From positions 18,726 through 82,725 of the forward strand of contig PHBD01000007.1 in NCBI GenBank assembly GCA_002841865.1: 64,000 nucleotides of DNA, read 5' to 3'. The translations under genes were made by a program, and so were the position numbers. Below are positions 63,637 through 64,000 of this stretch, in pieces; the first letter of the stretch is position 1; every line of letters begins with the position of its first letter. A model generated the notes under the pieces. It was not told the DNA's origin. It saw nothing but the letters and a program-made list of their open reading frames with translations, and ran no database searches. The DNA comes from Deltaproteobacteria bacterium HGW-Deltaproteobacteria-19. Lineage in GTDB: Bacteria > Desulfobacterota > Syntrophia > Syntrophales > PHBD01.

Positions 63637-64000
63637 GGTTTCTCCTTTTCTTCCCGGGCCTTCGGATGAGCCCGGTCGTATACGTCCATGAGCCGGCCGA
63701 TGCTGACGGCGGTGTATTTCTGCGTCGTCGACAGGCTCTTGTGTCCCAGCATTTCCTGGATGGACCGGAGATCCGCCCCGGAATCCAGCAGGTGCGTCGC
63801 AAAACTGTGCCGCAGGGCATGGGGACTGATCTTCCGCCCGATCCCGCTCTTCCGCACATAGCCGTCCAGGAGGCGGGCTACGGACCGCCCCGACAGCCGT
63901 TCACCCGAGCGGTTGAGAAACAGGGGGTTCTCGGCTCCCGTCCGCCCTTCCCGGATAAGAGCGGGCCGCTCCTCGATCCAGTGCACCAGAGCCTCCCGGC
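63633..64000 (-). CDS. xerC: Tyrosine recombinase XerC/XerD family, C-terminal part (partial, continues past the right edge)
   Basis: [25 protein letters not shown] and TQKYT (catalytic Tyr). xerC-hslV-hslU synteny. The stop overlaps the hslV start. Confidence 0.85.
   Translation of the reverse strand, partial: REALVHWIEERPALIREGRTGAENPLFLNRSGERLSGRSVARLLDGYVRKSGIGRKISPHALRHSFATHLLDSGADLRSIQEMLGHKSLSTTQKYTAVSIGRLMDVYDRAHPKAREEKEKP

Noticed and set aside
63633-64000. Tyrosine recombinase as a mobile-element integrase
   Set aside because: It sits in the conserved housekeeping xerC-hslV-hslU arrangement, has native high GC, and is 20 kb from the AT-rich island. It was interpreted as chromosomal XerC/XerD.
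1-64000. CRISPR arrays, rRNA/tRNA genes, IS elements, prophage genes
   Set aside because: Reading through the intergenic regions, I saw no regularly spaced repeats, no tRNA-like cloverleaf candidates and no transposase or phage structural ORFs. A computational scan (tRNAscan-SE, Infernal, minced, ISEScan) would be needed to exclude them formally.

Overview
High-GC bacterial chromosomal segment. Hand counts on a few 60-nt lines give roughly 65-78% G+C in the core genes. It contains two clearly AT-richer accessory patches. By gene content the host looks like an anaerobic, organic/fatty-acid-oxidising Desulfobacterota-type (deltaproteobacterial, syntroph-like) organism; this is inference only. 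No rRNA, tRNA, CRISPR array, transposase or prophage genes were recognised.

Layout:
- 1-2950: AT-rich accessory block with a macro-domain fusion protein, a lipoprotein and a Cys-rich exported protein.
- 2957-6257: DUF4197, PAS/HD-GYP, DUF1330 and C_GCAxxG_C_C genes.
- 6304-13766: seven-gene minus-strand acyl-CoA operon (MaoC, acyl-CoA ligase, crotonase, three ACADs, an iron-sulfur-flavoprotein-like gene).
- 14613-18977: plus-strand block with an unusual E1/ThiF-like plus zinc-ribbon PP-loop ATPase pair, followed by a DUF2157/GDYXXLXY pair.
- 18974-22900: seven-PAS hybrid histidine kinase.
- 23298-28927: beta-oxidation operon (ACAD, HAD/ECH, thiolase) behind a near-consensus sigma54 promoter.
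- 29618-34498: split ADP-forming acetyl-CoA synthetase, MarR and an MFS transporter.
- 35028-39586: membrane sensor with an orphan Cys4 C-terminal module, a rhomboid/DnaJ_C fusion, an Fe-S protein, a cupin and a PfkB kinase.
- 39587-43704: AT-rich single-gene island encoding a 1273-aa SIR2-domain protein. This is the best candidate for a novel or poorly described defence system.
- 43705-47404: E1-like, MoaD-like, unknown and aldehyde:ferredoxin oxidoreductase genes.
- 47875-64000: housekeeping genes (pgsA, tal, folK, dapBA, lysA, argHGFDB, hslUV, xerC).

Many long antisense ORFs in the ORF track are high-GC artefacts and were not called.
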